Source of the DNA: Candidatus Heimdallarchaeota archaeon
Lineage (GTDB): Archaea; Asgardarchaeota; Heimdallarchaeia; JABLTI01
Length of the DNA stretch: 32,000 nucleotides
Assembly (NCBI GenBank): GCA_030614005.1
Contig: JAUWKS010000036.1
Location: 226-32,225 of the forward strand
Direction of reading: 5' to 3'
Every line of letters starts with the position of its first letter. Position 1 is the first letter of the stretch. Below the pieces are notes generated by a model that searched no databases, was not told where the DNA came from, and saw only the letters and a list, made by a program, of their open reading frames with translations. Made by a program: the position numbers and the translations under genes. This document shows, piece after piece, positions 1 to 9,389 of the stretch.

Positions 1-1
1 C

Positions 2-211
2 AACAACTCTATGCGTTACCAGAATAATTGTTCCAAGTTCAAACTTGGCTATTTTTTTAAATAGTAAATTAATTCGTTCAAAAACCCTGAAACATGATTC
101 ACCATTTTGAAATGACAATTTCTCTGGATGATTGTTCCAATAATCTTCGATAATTGGATCCTCTGCGAAAACCTCTTCATGAGTTCTTCCTTGCCAATCA
201 CAAGTACTACT
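2..211 (-). pseudogene. 5'-truncated fragment of a histidine phosphatase (phosphoglycerate mutase/CobC-like) gene, running off the window edge
   Basis: Manual translation of the minus strand from 211: SSTCDWQGRTHEEVFAEDPIIEDYWNNHPEKLSFQNGESCFRVFERINLLFKKIAKFELGTIILVTHRVV. This matches the C-terminal half of the fold (xWxG, GES...R, LVTH). TGA TAA lies immediately upstream in frame (217-212), with no start codon and no RHG motif. Confidence 0.7.
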
Positions 212-379
212 TTATCAAAAAAAACATGCTTATAAAATTAAAGCAATTCGATAAAAAGAAGATAAAAATCAAGAAAAGAGAATAAAAAAAAAGGAGGGAA
301 GAGTCCCTTAATAATCCCAAAAATGAGATTATAACTCAGAGAGTGTTTAGGGGTTGGATTATTAAGGGCGTTATCGCGA

Positions 380-1546
380 TTATAAATCACCGAAAGCTGG
401 CCACACATTGTAGAGAGTGCCCAAATTAGCATTGGTGTTTGCGGAGTTGAAGAAGACTATTTGTCCTGCGAAATGTGCGTTTGTTTTTGCAGAGATCTTC
501 ATCATAACTAGATTCAAACCGGCGTTGAGTGTAACTTCATTTTCTACAGACCATCTGTTTTTCTTAGTGCCTGATAGAGTGTAATCACCATTTAACCAAA
601 CTTTGAATTCTGATGCACCATTTGCTCCTAAACCAACTGTGATATCATCATCACCAGGAACATAGATATAAGTCCACATATAGACTACACCATATTTACC
701 CCAGTTTAATGTATCTTGTTTGTCCCAGTTACCATATTTGTTTAATGCAATCAATCCAGCGTGTTCGCCAGAATCATTGTATAGAGTAATTTTATTGTTA
801 CTTTGGACTCCAATCTTTCCTTCGGTAAATTCTGTATTGTCTAGAAGGTATGGTAGATATTCTTCTTCATTACCATTATCACATTCTGAAATGAAATCAG
901 TATTTAGATTTGGTCTTTTATTATTATCATCAAATTCACCAAGTAAGAACCATAAGTTTGGAGAGTATCCAGTTTCTGCTGGGAATCTTCTCTTGGCGTA
1001 TTCATCATCCTCGCTTGTTCTTTCAACTAATTTGTTGAAGCCTGTAAATGGAACAGATTCTTCTTGAACAATTATTGGGATGATTTCATTTGGAACATCA
1101 GCGGCATTAATAACTACATAGCCGGGAGATGTATAAACACTATCTTCAAATACAATTTCAATATTAAAAGTTTGAACTGGTTGTATTTGTTGGAGAACAC
1201 CTAAAGCATAAATGTTGAGTTCTTCTATTGTACTAGTTCGGATGCTGTTGTCTAAAGTGTACCATAAGTAGGTATTGTCACCTTGAGTTATAACAACGCT
1301 TTTAATATCTGCATTTGCCATGCCTTTGTTCAATATTGGCACGGTCATTCTATCAATTAAACCATCTTGATCAACATCTTCAGCACTAATTGCTCCTGCT
1401 GGAACAATGCTGGAGTTGAAGCTCATGGTTGAACTGAGAATGCCATAAACTAAAGAAACTGCTGATATAGTAACGCCAATCATAATAACTGCACCGATGA
1501 CGCTGCTTACAGCTTTTTTGTTTTTGAATAAATTTTTAACGTTCAT
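380..1546 (-). CDS. Large archaeal type IV pilin/archaellin-like protein (class III signal peptide) with C-terminal beta-sandwich domains
   Basis: N-terminus KNKKA|VSSVIGAVIMIGVTISAVSLVYG fits a class III signal (basic residues, G/A cleavage site, hydrophobic helix). DVDQDGLID is a DxDxDG-type motif. The C-terminal WFLLGEF...YMWTYIYVP...FKVWLNG...LNAGLNLVMMKI resembles PA14/galactose-binding-like modules. Confidence 0.78.
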   Translation of the reverse strand: MNVKNLFKNKKAVSSVIGAVIMIGVTISAVSLVYGILSSTMSFNSSIVPAGAISAEDVDQDGLIDRMTVPILNKGMANADIKSVVITQGDNTYLWYTLDNSIRTSTIEELNIYALGVLQQIQPVQTFNIEIVFEDSVYTSPGYVVINAADVPNEIIPIIVQEESVPFTGFNKLVERTSEDDEYAKRRFPAETGYSPNLWFLLGEFDDNNKRPNLNTDFISECDNGNEEEYLPYLLDNTEFTEGKIGVQSNNKITLYNDSGEHAGLIALNKYGNWDKQDTLNWGKYGVVYMWTYIYVPGDDDITVGLGANGASEFKVWLNGDYTLSGTKKNRWSVENEVTLNAGLNLVMMKISAKTNAHFAGQIVFFNSANTNANLGTLYNVWPAFGDL

Positions 1547-1801
1547 TTAATAGTCAACTCTAAAAGTTATCTAATCTCATTATAGTTACTAGTTATATTA
1601 TGTCATTTTATATTAAAAGCGTTATAGAAAATTTGTACACAATAGTGGTACAGAAATTCGGTATGTCTAGTAAAATCTTCCGCAGGTTTTTTAGCTTTTC
1701 TTTGATTTTTGGCACTATTTCACTCCTTTTCTGGTATTTTAACCTGATTTTTGCAGAATATTTTTGATTTTGAATAATATTTGCAGATTGAGGATACAAT
1801 C

Positions 1802-3079
1802 TTGACAGATAATTTTGATACCAGTTTGGATAGTGCGAAAAAGCTGGATGAGGAGGATTGCTTAAGTCATTTTCAAAATCGTTTTCATATTATAAAAGAT
1901 AAAATCTATGTTGACGGTAATTCTCTTGGATTAATGACCAAGGAATCAGAGAAATCTCTTTTACGTGTAATGAATGAATGGAAAACTTTAGGTATAGATG
2001 GATGGTGGGAAGGTCAACAACCTTGGTTTTATTTTAGTGAAAAACTGGGTGAAATGATTGCTCCAATTGTTGGAGCACAACCAGAAGAAGTTGTTGCAAC
2101 GGGAACGACAACAGTGAATTTACATGCATTAGTTAGCTCCTTCTATCAACCAGAAGGAAAGAGAAAGAAAATTCTCGCAGACGAGCTCAATTTTCCAACA
2201 GACATCTATGCCCTGAAAAGTCAGATATTACTTAAAGGACTCAATCCTGCAGAAGATTTGATTCTTACTCCAAGTGAAGATGGATTAAATCTAGATGAAA
2301 AAGTAATAATAGATTTGATGACTGATGAAATTGCATTGATAGTGCTACCATCTGTTCTATACCGTAGTGGGCAATTACTTGATATGGCATTGTTAACAAA
2401 GGAAGCACATAAAAGAGGTATTCAAATTGGTTTTGATTGTAGCCATTCTGTAGGAATCGTTCCTCATAAGTTTAATGAATGGGATATCGACTTCGCATTT
2501 TGGTGTAGTTACAAATATCTCAATAGTGGCCCTGGAGCAACAGCTTTTCTTTATGTAAATAAGAAGCATTTTGATGTCTATCCTGGTCTTGCAGGTTGGT
2601 TTGGAAATGTCAAAGAAACTCAATTTGATATGTCGAATGAATTTGATCCAGTCGAAAGTGCCGGAAGATGGCAGATTTCTTCTCCCGGAATAATTGGTGT
2701 AGCTGCTATTGAAGGTTCATTGAAAGTTATTCTTGAAGCAGGCATAGAATCCATTAGAGAGAAATCTTTGAAATTAAATGCTTATTTCCTATATTTAGTT
2801 GATGAGCTGCTTTCTAATTCTCCTTATAATTTTAGCATTGGAACTCTACGAGATCCAAATAGAAGAGGAGGGCATATGGCATTAACTCGAGATGAATACT
2901 CATTTGAAATTTTTAAAGCATTAAGGGAGTATGGTATTGTACCAGATTTCAGACCAAAGAATGTTATTCGTATAGCGCCAAACCCACTCTATAATACTTA
3001 TCAAGAATTATGGCAAATTATTCAATATCTTAAGCGAATAATTGATAATGAAGAATATAGGATATTTTTAGATGAATAA
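1802..3079 (+). CDS. kynU: Kynureninase (PLP-dependent, class V)
   Basis: Motifs YVDGNSLGL, ELNFPTDIY, DCSHSVG, WCSYKYLNSGPG (PLP Lys), GWFG and RGGH. Start placed at TTG 1802 behind GAGGA; the ORF track starts at TTG 1781. The first in-frame ATG lies inside the conserved region. Confidence 0.93.
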   Translation: MTDNFDTSLDSAKKLDEEDCLSHFQNRFHIIKDKIYVDGNSLGLMTKESEKSLLRVMNEWKTLGIDGWWEGQQPWFYFSEKLGEMIAPIVGAQPEEVVATGTTTVNLHALVSSFYQPEGKRKKILADELNFPTDIYALKSQILLKGLNPAEDLILTPSEDGLNLDEKVIIDLMTDEIALIVLPSVLYRSGQLLDMALLTKEAHKRGIQIGFDCSHSVGIVPHKFNEWDIDFAFWCSYKYLNSGPGATAFLYVNKKHFDVYPGLAGWFGNVKETQFDMSNEFDPVESAGRWQISSPGIIGVAAIEGSLKVILEAGIESIREKSLKLNAYFLYLVDELLSNSPYNFSIGTLRDPNRRGGHMALTRDEYSFEIFKALREYGIVPDFRPKNVIRIAPNPLYNTYQELWQIIQYLKRIIDNEEYRIFLDE

Positions 3080-3100
3080 ATAAATCGGTAGATGAACTGA

Positions 3101-4885
3101 ATGACAAAAAATGATATTACATGGGATATGTCTAGTGTTTTTCCAAGCGTAACTGATCCTACAATTGATAAAACAATAGACAAAATAAATGAGATGGTTA
3201 CAGGCATAATCGCAAATTATCAAGGAAAAATTGAGAAATTATCAGCAAAAGGGTTACTCAAACTATTGCAAGATTATGAGGAATATCTGATTGAATCTGG
3301 TAATATTGGAATGTATGCTCGCTTATCTTTTGCAGCAAATATGACCTCGCCTGAGACTCAACAGCTTAATGATAGAATGAGTAAGATTCAAGCCCAATAT
3401 GCCAAGGAACTTGCTTTTATTTCATTAGATGTTGGAAAACTAGTCTATAATAAAAAAGACTTGATTGAAGATCCTATTCTTAGTAATTATAAACACTTCC
3501 TTGAGAGACTTGTTCGTGTTGTGCCACATCAGCTTTCAGAAATAGAAGAGCAATTGATTATTGGAAAAGATCAATTTGGTATTAGGGGTTGGCAGCAGCT
3601 TCAAAGTAAATGGCTCAACACTCGAATGTTTGATGTGGAAGTTGAAGGAGAAATGAAGCAGCTTTCCTATGGACAAGCAAATGCATTACTCCCTCATAAA
3701 GATAGAGAAACTCGAAAGTCAGCTAATAAATCAATATATGGCTTATTGAGAAATGACAGTGAAATATTCTCGTCAGCAATGAGAAATATCTTCAATGATT
3801 GGGAAGCTATTACCGTAAGAAGGAAATACGATTCAGAAATGCATGCTAGTTTGATAGCAAATGACATTTCCCAAGAAGTAATAACCAACCTACTAAAAGC
3901 AATTGATGAACATTCTCATATTTATAAACGATACCTGAAATTAAAAGCAAAAATGTTGGGTCTTCCAAAATTAGCAAATTACGATATAACTGCACCTTTA
4001 CCTGACGCACCTGATATCAAATACGATTTTAAGAAAGCAGAGGAACTTGTAACTGATGCATATAGTAAGTTCGATGAGGAATATGCATTTGCTACTAAGG
4101 ATATGTTCAAACGAAAACATATTGATGCATCACCAAGATTTGGAAAAAGAAACGGTGCTTTTTGTGCAAGCTGGTATAAAGGAAAATCAGCATTTATACT
4201 CCAAAGCTTCAATGATGCGCTTGGTGGAGTGTATACTTTAGCACATGAGCTTGGTCATGCAACACATGATTATTACTTCATTCCAGCACAAACAATTCTT
4301 AATAGTAGAACACCGATGGTAGTAGCTGAAACGGCATCTATTTTTGGCGAGCTATTACTGACAGATTTACTGATGAGCCAAGCTCAAACAGACAATGAGA
4401 AAAAGGCAATAATCTGTCAAGTTCTTGATGGAGCAGGAATGGCAGCATTTCAAGTAACAGCAAGAGCTTGGTTTGAACAAGATGTTTATGATGCAATCAA
4501 ACGTGGGGAATATTTAGACTTCAAAACAATTAGTAAATATTGGAAAAAGAACCGAGATAGGATCTATGGTGATGCAATAGAATGGTTAGATGAGATGGAA
4601 GCAGAATGGACTATGAAAGGCCATTATTATATGCCTAACTTCAGATTCTATAACTATCCATATGTCTATGCCCAAATGTTTGTCTATGCACTTTATCAAA
4701 AGTATATTGAGGAAGGAAAAGATTTTGTTCCTAAATTTAAGAAAGTTCTTTCAGCAGGAAGCAGCCTTTCCCCAATTGAAATTGGTAAATTGGTTGGACT
4801 AGATGTTACCGATCCTGACTTTTGGAAATTAGGTATGAAGCGCTTTGAGCACTTTGTTGATGAATTAGAAAAATTAGTAAAATGA
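3101..4885 (+). CDS. pepF: Oligoendopeptidase F (M3B zinc metallopeptidase)
   Basis: HELGH (HExxH), downstream AETAS Glu ligand, KRNGAFC and HYY..FYNYPY motifs; 594 aa. Confidence 0.93.
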   Translation: MTKNDITWDMSSVFPSVTDPTIDKTIDKINEMVTGIIANYQGKIEKLSAKGLLKLLQDYEEYLIESGNIGMYARLSFAANMTSPETQQLNDRMSKIQAQYAKELAFISLDVGKLVYNKKDLIEDPILSNYKHFLERLVRVVPHQLSEIEEQLIIGKDQFGIRGWQQLQSKWLNTRMFDVEVEGEMKQLSYGQANALLPHKDRETRKSANKSIYGLLRNDSEIFSSAMRNIFNDWEAITVRRKYDSEMHASLIANDISQEVITNLLKAIDEHSHIYKRYLKLKAKMLGLPKLANYDITAPLPDAPDIKYDFKKAEELVTDAYSKFDEEYAFATKDMFKRKHIDASPRFGKRNGAFCASWYKGKSAFILQSFNDALGGVYTLAHELGHATHDYYFIPAQTILNSRTPMVVAETASIFGELLLTDLLMSQAQTDNEKKAIICQVLDGAGMAAFQVTARAWFEQDVYDAIKRGEYLDFKTISKYWKKNRDRIYGDAIEWLDEMEAEWTMKGHYYMPNFRFYNYPYVYAQMFVYALYQKYIEEGKDFVPKFKKVLSAGSSLSPIEIGKLVGLDVTDPDFWKLGMKRFEHFVDELEKLVK

Positions 4886-4935
4886 AATAGATGGTCAGGC
4901 AATCTGACCTAATCCTCTTTTTTCAGAATAATCCT

Positions 4936-5613
4936 TCAATCTGCATAAATTATCCAAAAGATACTTGATTGATCTATCTCTTTAATATAGGAATTTACTT
5001 CCAAATCTACACTTAAATCTGAGAAATCACTTTTTGAGAATGTTGTTGCTTGAAAACCATCCTTGCAGACAATAGTCCCTTCACCGGTTTTTTCAGTATC
5101 AATCGCTCCAATTAACCATTCTTTAGATTGTTTCTTGAACCAATCTAACCGTGCATCCCATATTTTATCGGAATAGCTACTAAAAAGAACCTTACCACCT
5201 TTCTTAGTTATCTTTAAACATTCTTTTACAAGAGCTAATGGGTCAACCTTGAAAGCCGATAGACCATTTTGTATAGCAAACACAACATCAAACATATTCT
5301 CATCGAAAGTAAGGTTATCAGCATTCATATTGAAAAGTTTAACATTTTTGTTATCAGATAAGTATTCTTCTGCAAGATCCAAACTTTCTGCAGATGTATC
5401 TATGCCATATGCTTCTTGAGAATTCGCAGCAATATGTTTCAATACACGACCGTAACCGCACCCAAGCTCAAGAACAATTGATTCAGGCTTTAGAAAAGTT
5501 AACACATACTCTATTTCAGCTGATAGATATTGTTGAATTCTTGGTGAAGCCAAATCATAGCATCTTTTGAGATTATTTGCAGATAGTTTTTCAGAGTAAT
5601 ATTTTTTATTCAT
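4936..5613 (-). CDS. Class I SAM-dependent methyltransferase
   Basis: Motif I VLELGCGYGR, GIDTS and FDVVF; 225 aa. Confidence 0.88.
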   Translation of the reverse strand: MNKKYYSEKLSANNLKRCYDLASPRIQQYLSAEIEYVLTFLKPESIVLELGCGYGRVLKHIAANSQEAYGIDTSAESLDLAEEYLSDNKNVKLFNMNADNLTFDENMFDVVFAIQNGLSAFKVDPLALVKECLKITKKGGKVLFSSYSDKIWDARLDWFKKQSKEWLIGAIDTEKTGEGTIVCKDGFQATTFSKSDFSDLSVDLEVNSYIKEIDQSSIFWIIYAD

Positions 5614-6163
5614 AGATACAACCTATTATCAGATTATTGCATCAATAGTGAACTTGATGATTCTTATTTCTTTCTTCTTTTAGTGATTCAACAATACTTT
5701 CAGTTATTCTCCTAACGTTACTATTTTAACAGTCAGTAATTATGTTTAAGAAAACAACAGAACTTCAATTTGCTTTTTCCACTTGTGAAAAAGAATTGAA
5801 ACAACTACCAAAAAATGAAAAATTTTCGAAACGAAGACAAAAGATTATTCAAAATGTCTTAGCTAAGACATATTATACGTTCTAATAATTAGAATTCTTG
5901 AAATCAATTATTAGGCTGATTTGTATGAAAATTAGTATTAAAGCTTTCGATAATTTACGATATCAAAAAATCTCATAAGAATAAGAAAAGATTCACAAAA
6001 AAGCCAAGGAAATTGTAATGAGAAAAACAATTTCTCAGTGTTAAAGGGACAATATTAAAAAACATTAATTGTTTTCTTTTCGATTTCAATTGTGACATTA
6101 ATTCGCAAGACAAGAAAAAAATAGATCATTTGTTTTGGAATTTTACTCCAAGGCTTATTTCTA

Positions 6164-6493
6164 TTATTGGAAATCTAAACCTCTTAGTGCATCTCTTGCA
6201 GGAATTAATATCTCAAACAACGTTTTCATTCCTTTTAGTGTTATCTTGTATCTTACCACTTTCACTTCTTCTCCCTCAAATTTTTCCTTAATTTCTTCAA
6301 CAACTTCAATAAATCCTTTCTTTACCATATCTTCTAAAATAACATTTAATTTATGATAGTCACCAACTGTAGAACTGCGAATTGCATAAAATGATAAGCC
6401 CAACTTATTATCATCTGCAATACCATCTTCACTTTGAGCTAATTTAGAGAGAATGGCAATCCATTTATCCAAATCATCGCTTCTACGTTTCAA
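6164..6493 (-). CDS. Small winged helix-turn-helix protein (archaeal regulator-like)
   Basis: 109 aa with ILEDMVKKGFIE (recognition helix end) and wing YKITLKG. TTG start preceded by GAGGGTGA SD-like sequence. Confidence 0.72.
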   Translation of the reverse strand: MKRRSDDLDKWIAILSKLAQSEDGIADDNKLGLSFYAIRSSTVGDYHKLNVILEDMVKKGFIEVVEEIKEKFEGEEVKVVRYKITLKGMKTLFEILIPARDALRGLDFQ

Positions 6494-6576
6494 GAGCTAT
6501 CACCCTCATTTATGAACTAATTAACATTCATTTTTTCTTTCGCTCAACAATCATCCAAGGAGTTCATTCGACTTCC

Positions 6577-7242
6577 TTATTTTTCAGCTTCTTCAGTCAT
6601 GAGTTTGCCGAAATTTCCTAGTGCTGTATCCAATGCTTCATCATAATTTTTAGCAATCATTTGTAATCGTCGATATTTTTGAAGGGATGTAATAACCATA
6701 TAAGTCATCATCAAACCAATTGCAATATACAATGAGATGCTTATAATCATCGAGCTAGTGTTACTTAGAAAATAGTGGATAAATAGTTCTGAATAGAAAC
6801 GATATTTACTAATCATCCATATAAATCGAAAGAAGCTAAATAATCCGGAAAGAAGGACCACAATTACTAAAAAACCAAACAAATCTCTTAGTATTTTTAT
6901 CGAGCTAGAAATTTCTATTTGAAATGTTTTAAAATTAACACTTCCGTCTTGATCAATTATACGATCATTAACAAGTTGCCTCTGGATATACTTTTTTCTA
7001 ATTAATAACCAGACATTCAAGGCATACAATATTGCACCTACAGCTATAGCAATCGAACTTGCAATAATTACTGTTCTTGCTAATTGAGTATCAGGAATGT
7101 AATCGGGATTTATGTTCAAAAGATATAGCTCTTGAATTCCTGCGTATAAAAAATCGATTGAAAGTAATATACCAGCCATTAGTATTGTTCCTAAGCTAAG
7201 GCATAATGGGAATGATATTTTATCGTAGTTTAGGCGCGTCAT
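6577..7242 (-). CDS. Hypothetical integral membrane protein (about 4 TM segments)
   Basis: 221-aa ORF with four long hydrophobic stretches and no recognisable motif. Confidence 0.7.
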   Translation of the reverse strand: MTRLNYDKISFPLCLSLGTILMAGILLSIDFLYAGIQELYLLNINPDYIPDTQLARTVIIASSIAIAVGAILYALNVWLLIRKKYIQRQLVNDRIIDQDGSVNFKTFQIEISSSIKILRDLFGFLVIVVLLSGLFSFFRFIWMISKYRFYSELFIHYFLSNTSSMIISISLYIAIGLMMTYMVITSLQKYRRLQMIAKNYDEALDTALGNFGKLMTEEAEK

Positions 7243-7284
7243 GAATTAAGCATATATCGTTCAATATATAAAAAATTAGATAGT

Positions 7285-8421
7285 TTAATTTTCTTTCTTA
7301 CTTTCAGAGTGTTTTAATGCATCATTTGCTAGTGAAAGTTCCCTCAAAGATCCTTTTGCAATCATTGTTCTACTATACGTAGGATATTCATAAACAATAT
7401 CAATATTTGTTAAATCGTATCGTTCAAACAAAACGTCTTTCAAGACATCGGCAATATACCAACTTGTTTCTATCTTTTTATCAGGACGTAAGAAAATCAT
7501 CTCTTGATCAATATCATATTCTTCTATTAACGCTTCAACTATCTCTTCGGGTATAGCATAATTTGGAGGAGTTATTACTGCTTTTACTAGCATTCCATCT
7601 TGAATTTCTTCAAATGGTTTCTTAACAACTTTAGCAGTTCTTAATAATCGATTTCTAAATTGAACTGCATCTTTTGATAAAGAACTGCAATAATGCAGAG
7701 TGAAATTATAATCTGTTTCTTCCAAGATTTCCAAAGCTAATGCTTCGCTTCCTTCAACTGCTGATGAATCTTCAGTTTTGAGAAGGAAACCTCGCTTAGT
7801 CAAATTCTCAAAATTCGCTTCAGTTGCTTCTAACTCATTGAAATTGCAGAATTTAACAAATTCGAGGCTTTCAAGATAATCCAAGAATTTTAACGTTTTT
7901 TCTTTATTATTTGGGATAATCGGTATTTCTGCACCGACAGTCCAGTTATGGAATAATGCTTTCTCAATATTTTTTTCTTGGGTTCTATTTTGTGGATGGA
8001 ATCGTATTTCATCCAAACCAGCATCACTTAGCTTTTGTAGATTTTCTTCTGTAGCAAACCTTCCAGAAGTATAAAGATGAATGTAGAATTTTTCTCCAAA
8101 TTCCTTTTTCATATTTGTAAGATACTCAATAGTAAGATCAATAGTTGCTAAGGGGTCTCCACCAGTAATTGCAGCACCAAGCGCATTCATATTTGTTTTT
8201 TCTAACATCACCCCAGAGAAATTAGTTATTGGTCGCTCATTTGCTAAAATAATATCCTCCCCTCGTTTGTCTTTAGTCAATGAACAATAGTAGCAATTCT
8301 CACTGCATTTTCCTGAAATTAGAAAGAATAATTGAGCACCTCTTCTGCAAAGTTTGCAGCCTTTTGGCAAGGTCCCTTTAATATAGGATTCACCTTGCAA
8401 TGGTCTAATTTTCTTTTTCAT
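7285..8421 (-). CDS. Radical SAM protein (archaeal, COG2108-like)
   Basis: CSENCYYC (CxxxCxxC), AITGGDPL, IHLYTSG and DEIRFHP. ATG at 8421; the track extends to TTG 8430. Confidence 0.85.
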   Translation of the reverse strand: MKKKIRPLQGESYIKGTLPKGCKLCRRGAQLFFLISGKCSENCYYCSLTKDKRGEDIILANERPITNFSGVMLEKTNMNALGAAITGGDPLATIDLTIEYLTNMKKEFGEKFYIHLYTSGRFATEENLQKLSDAGLDEIRFHPQNRTQEKNIEKALFHNWTVGAEIPIIPNNKEKTLKFLDYLESLEFVKFCNFNELEATEANFENLTKRGFLLKTEDSSAVEGSEALALEILEETDYNFTLHYCSSLSKDAVQFRNRLLRTAKVVKKPFEEIQDGMLVKAVITPPNYAIPEEIVEALIEEYDIDQEMIFLRPDKKIETSWYIADVLKDVLFERYDLTNIDIVYEYPTYSRTMIAKGSLRELSLANDALKHSESKKEN

Positions 8422-8460
8422 AGCGAACAACCACTGGAATTGCTTTTATTATTTAGCCAG

Positions 8461-9180
8461 CTATATTTTTGTCCTTCTTCTTACAATAGGGTTTTTATCA
8501 ACAATTTGTTTAAAAATTTCTTCAATGTTTTCATCAGGAGATAATTCAATATTAAGATAAACGCCTGTTCTCCCTACTTTATCTCGAGTAGTTAATACCC
8601 TGACTCGTTCTTTAACTAGTCCAACATTAACTCCCACCTTCTTAGCAACTATGGACTCTAAGCCCATAATGGGTGATTCTTTGTGGCCAGTTTCAGTTGG
8701 TTCTATCAGCATTAATCTTTTATCCACTCCGGGAACTCTGCGGTTTTCCAAAAGTTCTTCTAAAGTCAGAGCACCACCAAAACGAATGAAATCAAATTCG
8801 CGCTCTCTTATTGAGGTTAATGGAAAGGTTATGCATATTAATTCGCTCAAATAAATATGTGCTTTTACTAAATGTTTGGGTGTTGCTTGAACAATTCTCT
8901 TTTCGTAAATGTTTAATTTGTTTTGTTCTAGAGTTAATTCTAATTTAAATGAAGAAATTTGAAATGGTATGAATAAGTCAATATCACTTTTTTCAGTAAC
9001 ATCACCGCGGCATATTGAACCATAAATGAGTGTTTGAATGTTATTAGCAGCTAATTTGTTCATTATATCAATAGCAAGACCTCTTTTCGCTTGGAGAATC
9101 TTCCATTGTTCTTTTGAGTACGGTACTTGAGTTATATCGCCGATTTCTATTGGTTTCACTCCAGAACCTTTTCTTTTCAT
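8461..9180 (-). CDS. Archaeal nucleotidyltransferase-fold protein (COG2413-like)
   Basis: YGSICRGDVTEKSDIDL fits the Pol-beta-type GS..G......D.D signature. RVPGVDKRL and RDKVGRTGV segments are typical of the archaeal family as I recall it. Confidence 0.8.
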   Translation of the reverse strand: MKRKGSGVKPIEIGDITQVPYSKEQWKILQAKRGLAIDIMNKLAANNIQTLIYGSICRGDVTEKSDIDLFIPFQISSFKLELTLEQNKLNIYEKRIVQATPKHLVKAHIYLSELICITFPLTSIREREFDFIRFGGALTLEELLENRRVPGVDKRLMLIEPTETGHKESPIMGLESIVAKKVGVNVGLVKERVRVLTTRDKVGRTGVYLNIELSPDENIEEIFKQIVDKNPIVRRRTKI

Positions 9181-9389
9181 AATTCAAACCTACAATTTTT
9201 AATTGCTGAATACTAATCTTTCGATGGTATTGTCTAAAGTAATACTTTGCCTTGGATAATATAAACACTTAGCAGAGAAAATCCAAGTAGATAGGTTATA
9301 GCTCTCCTAGAAAGTTATAACAGCTTTTTTAAAAGAGGACAAACTTCAAATATTTTGCTTAGAAAAAATTAGTTGCGAGACTTTAAACT

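Noticed and set aside
238-432. 64-aa ORF overlapping the pilin 3' end and terminator
   Set aside because: Its hydrophobic tail is simply the translated T-tract, and it has no motif.
1629-1658. Imperfect palindrome AATTTGTACAC-AATA-GTGGTACAGAAATT as an operator
   Set aside because: Single occurrence, imperfect and in AT-rich DNA. No second copy was noticed, so it is not supportable without a motif search.
1608-1799. 63-aa ORF between the pilin gene and kynU
   Set aside because: It spans the divergent promoter region, overlaps the kynU start and is a low-complexity K/I-rich translation of AT-rich DNA.
8461-9180. Nucleotidyltransferase as the MNT antitoxin of an MNT-HEPN toxin-antitoxin pair
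   Set aside because: At 239 aa it is much longer than a minimal MNT, and no adjacent HEPN (Rx4-6H) gene is present.
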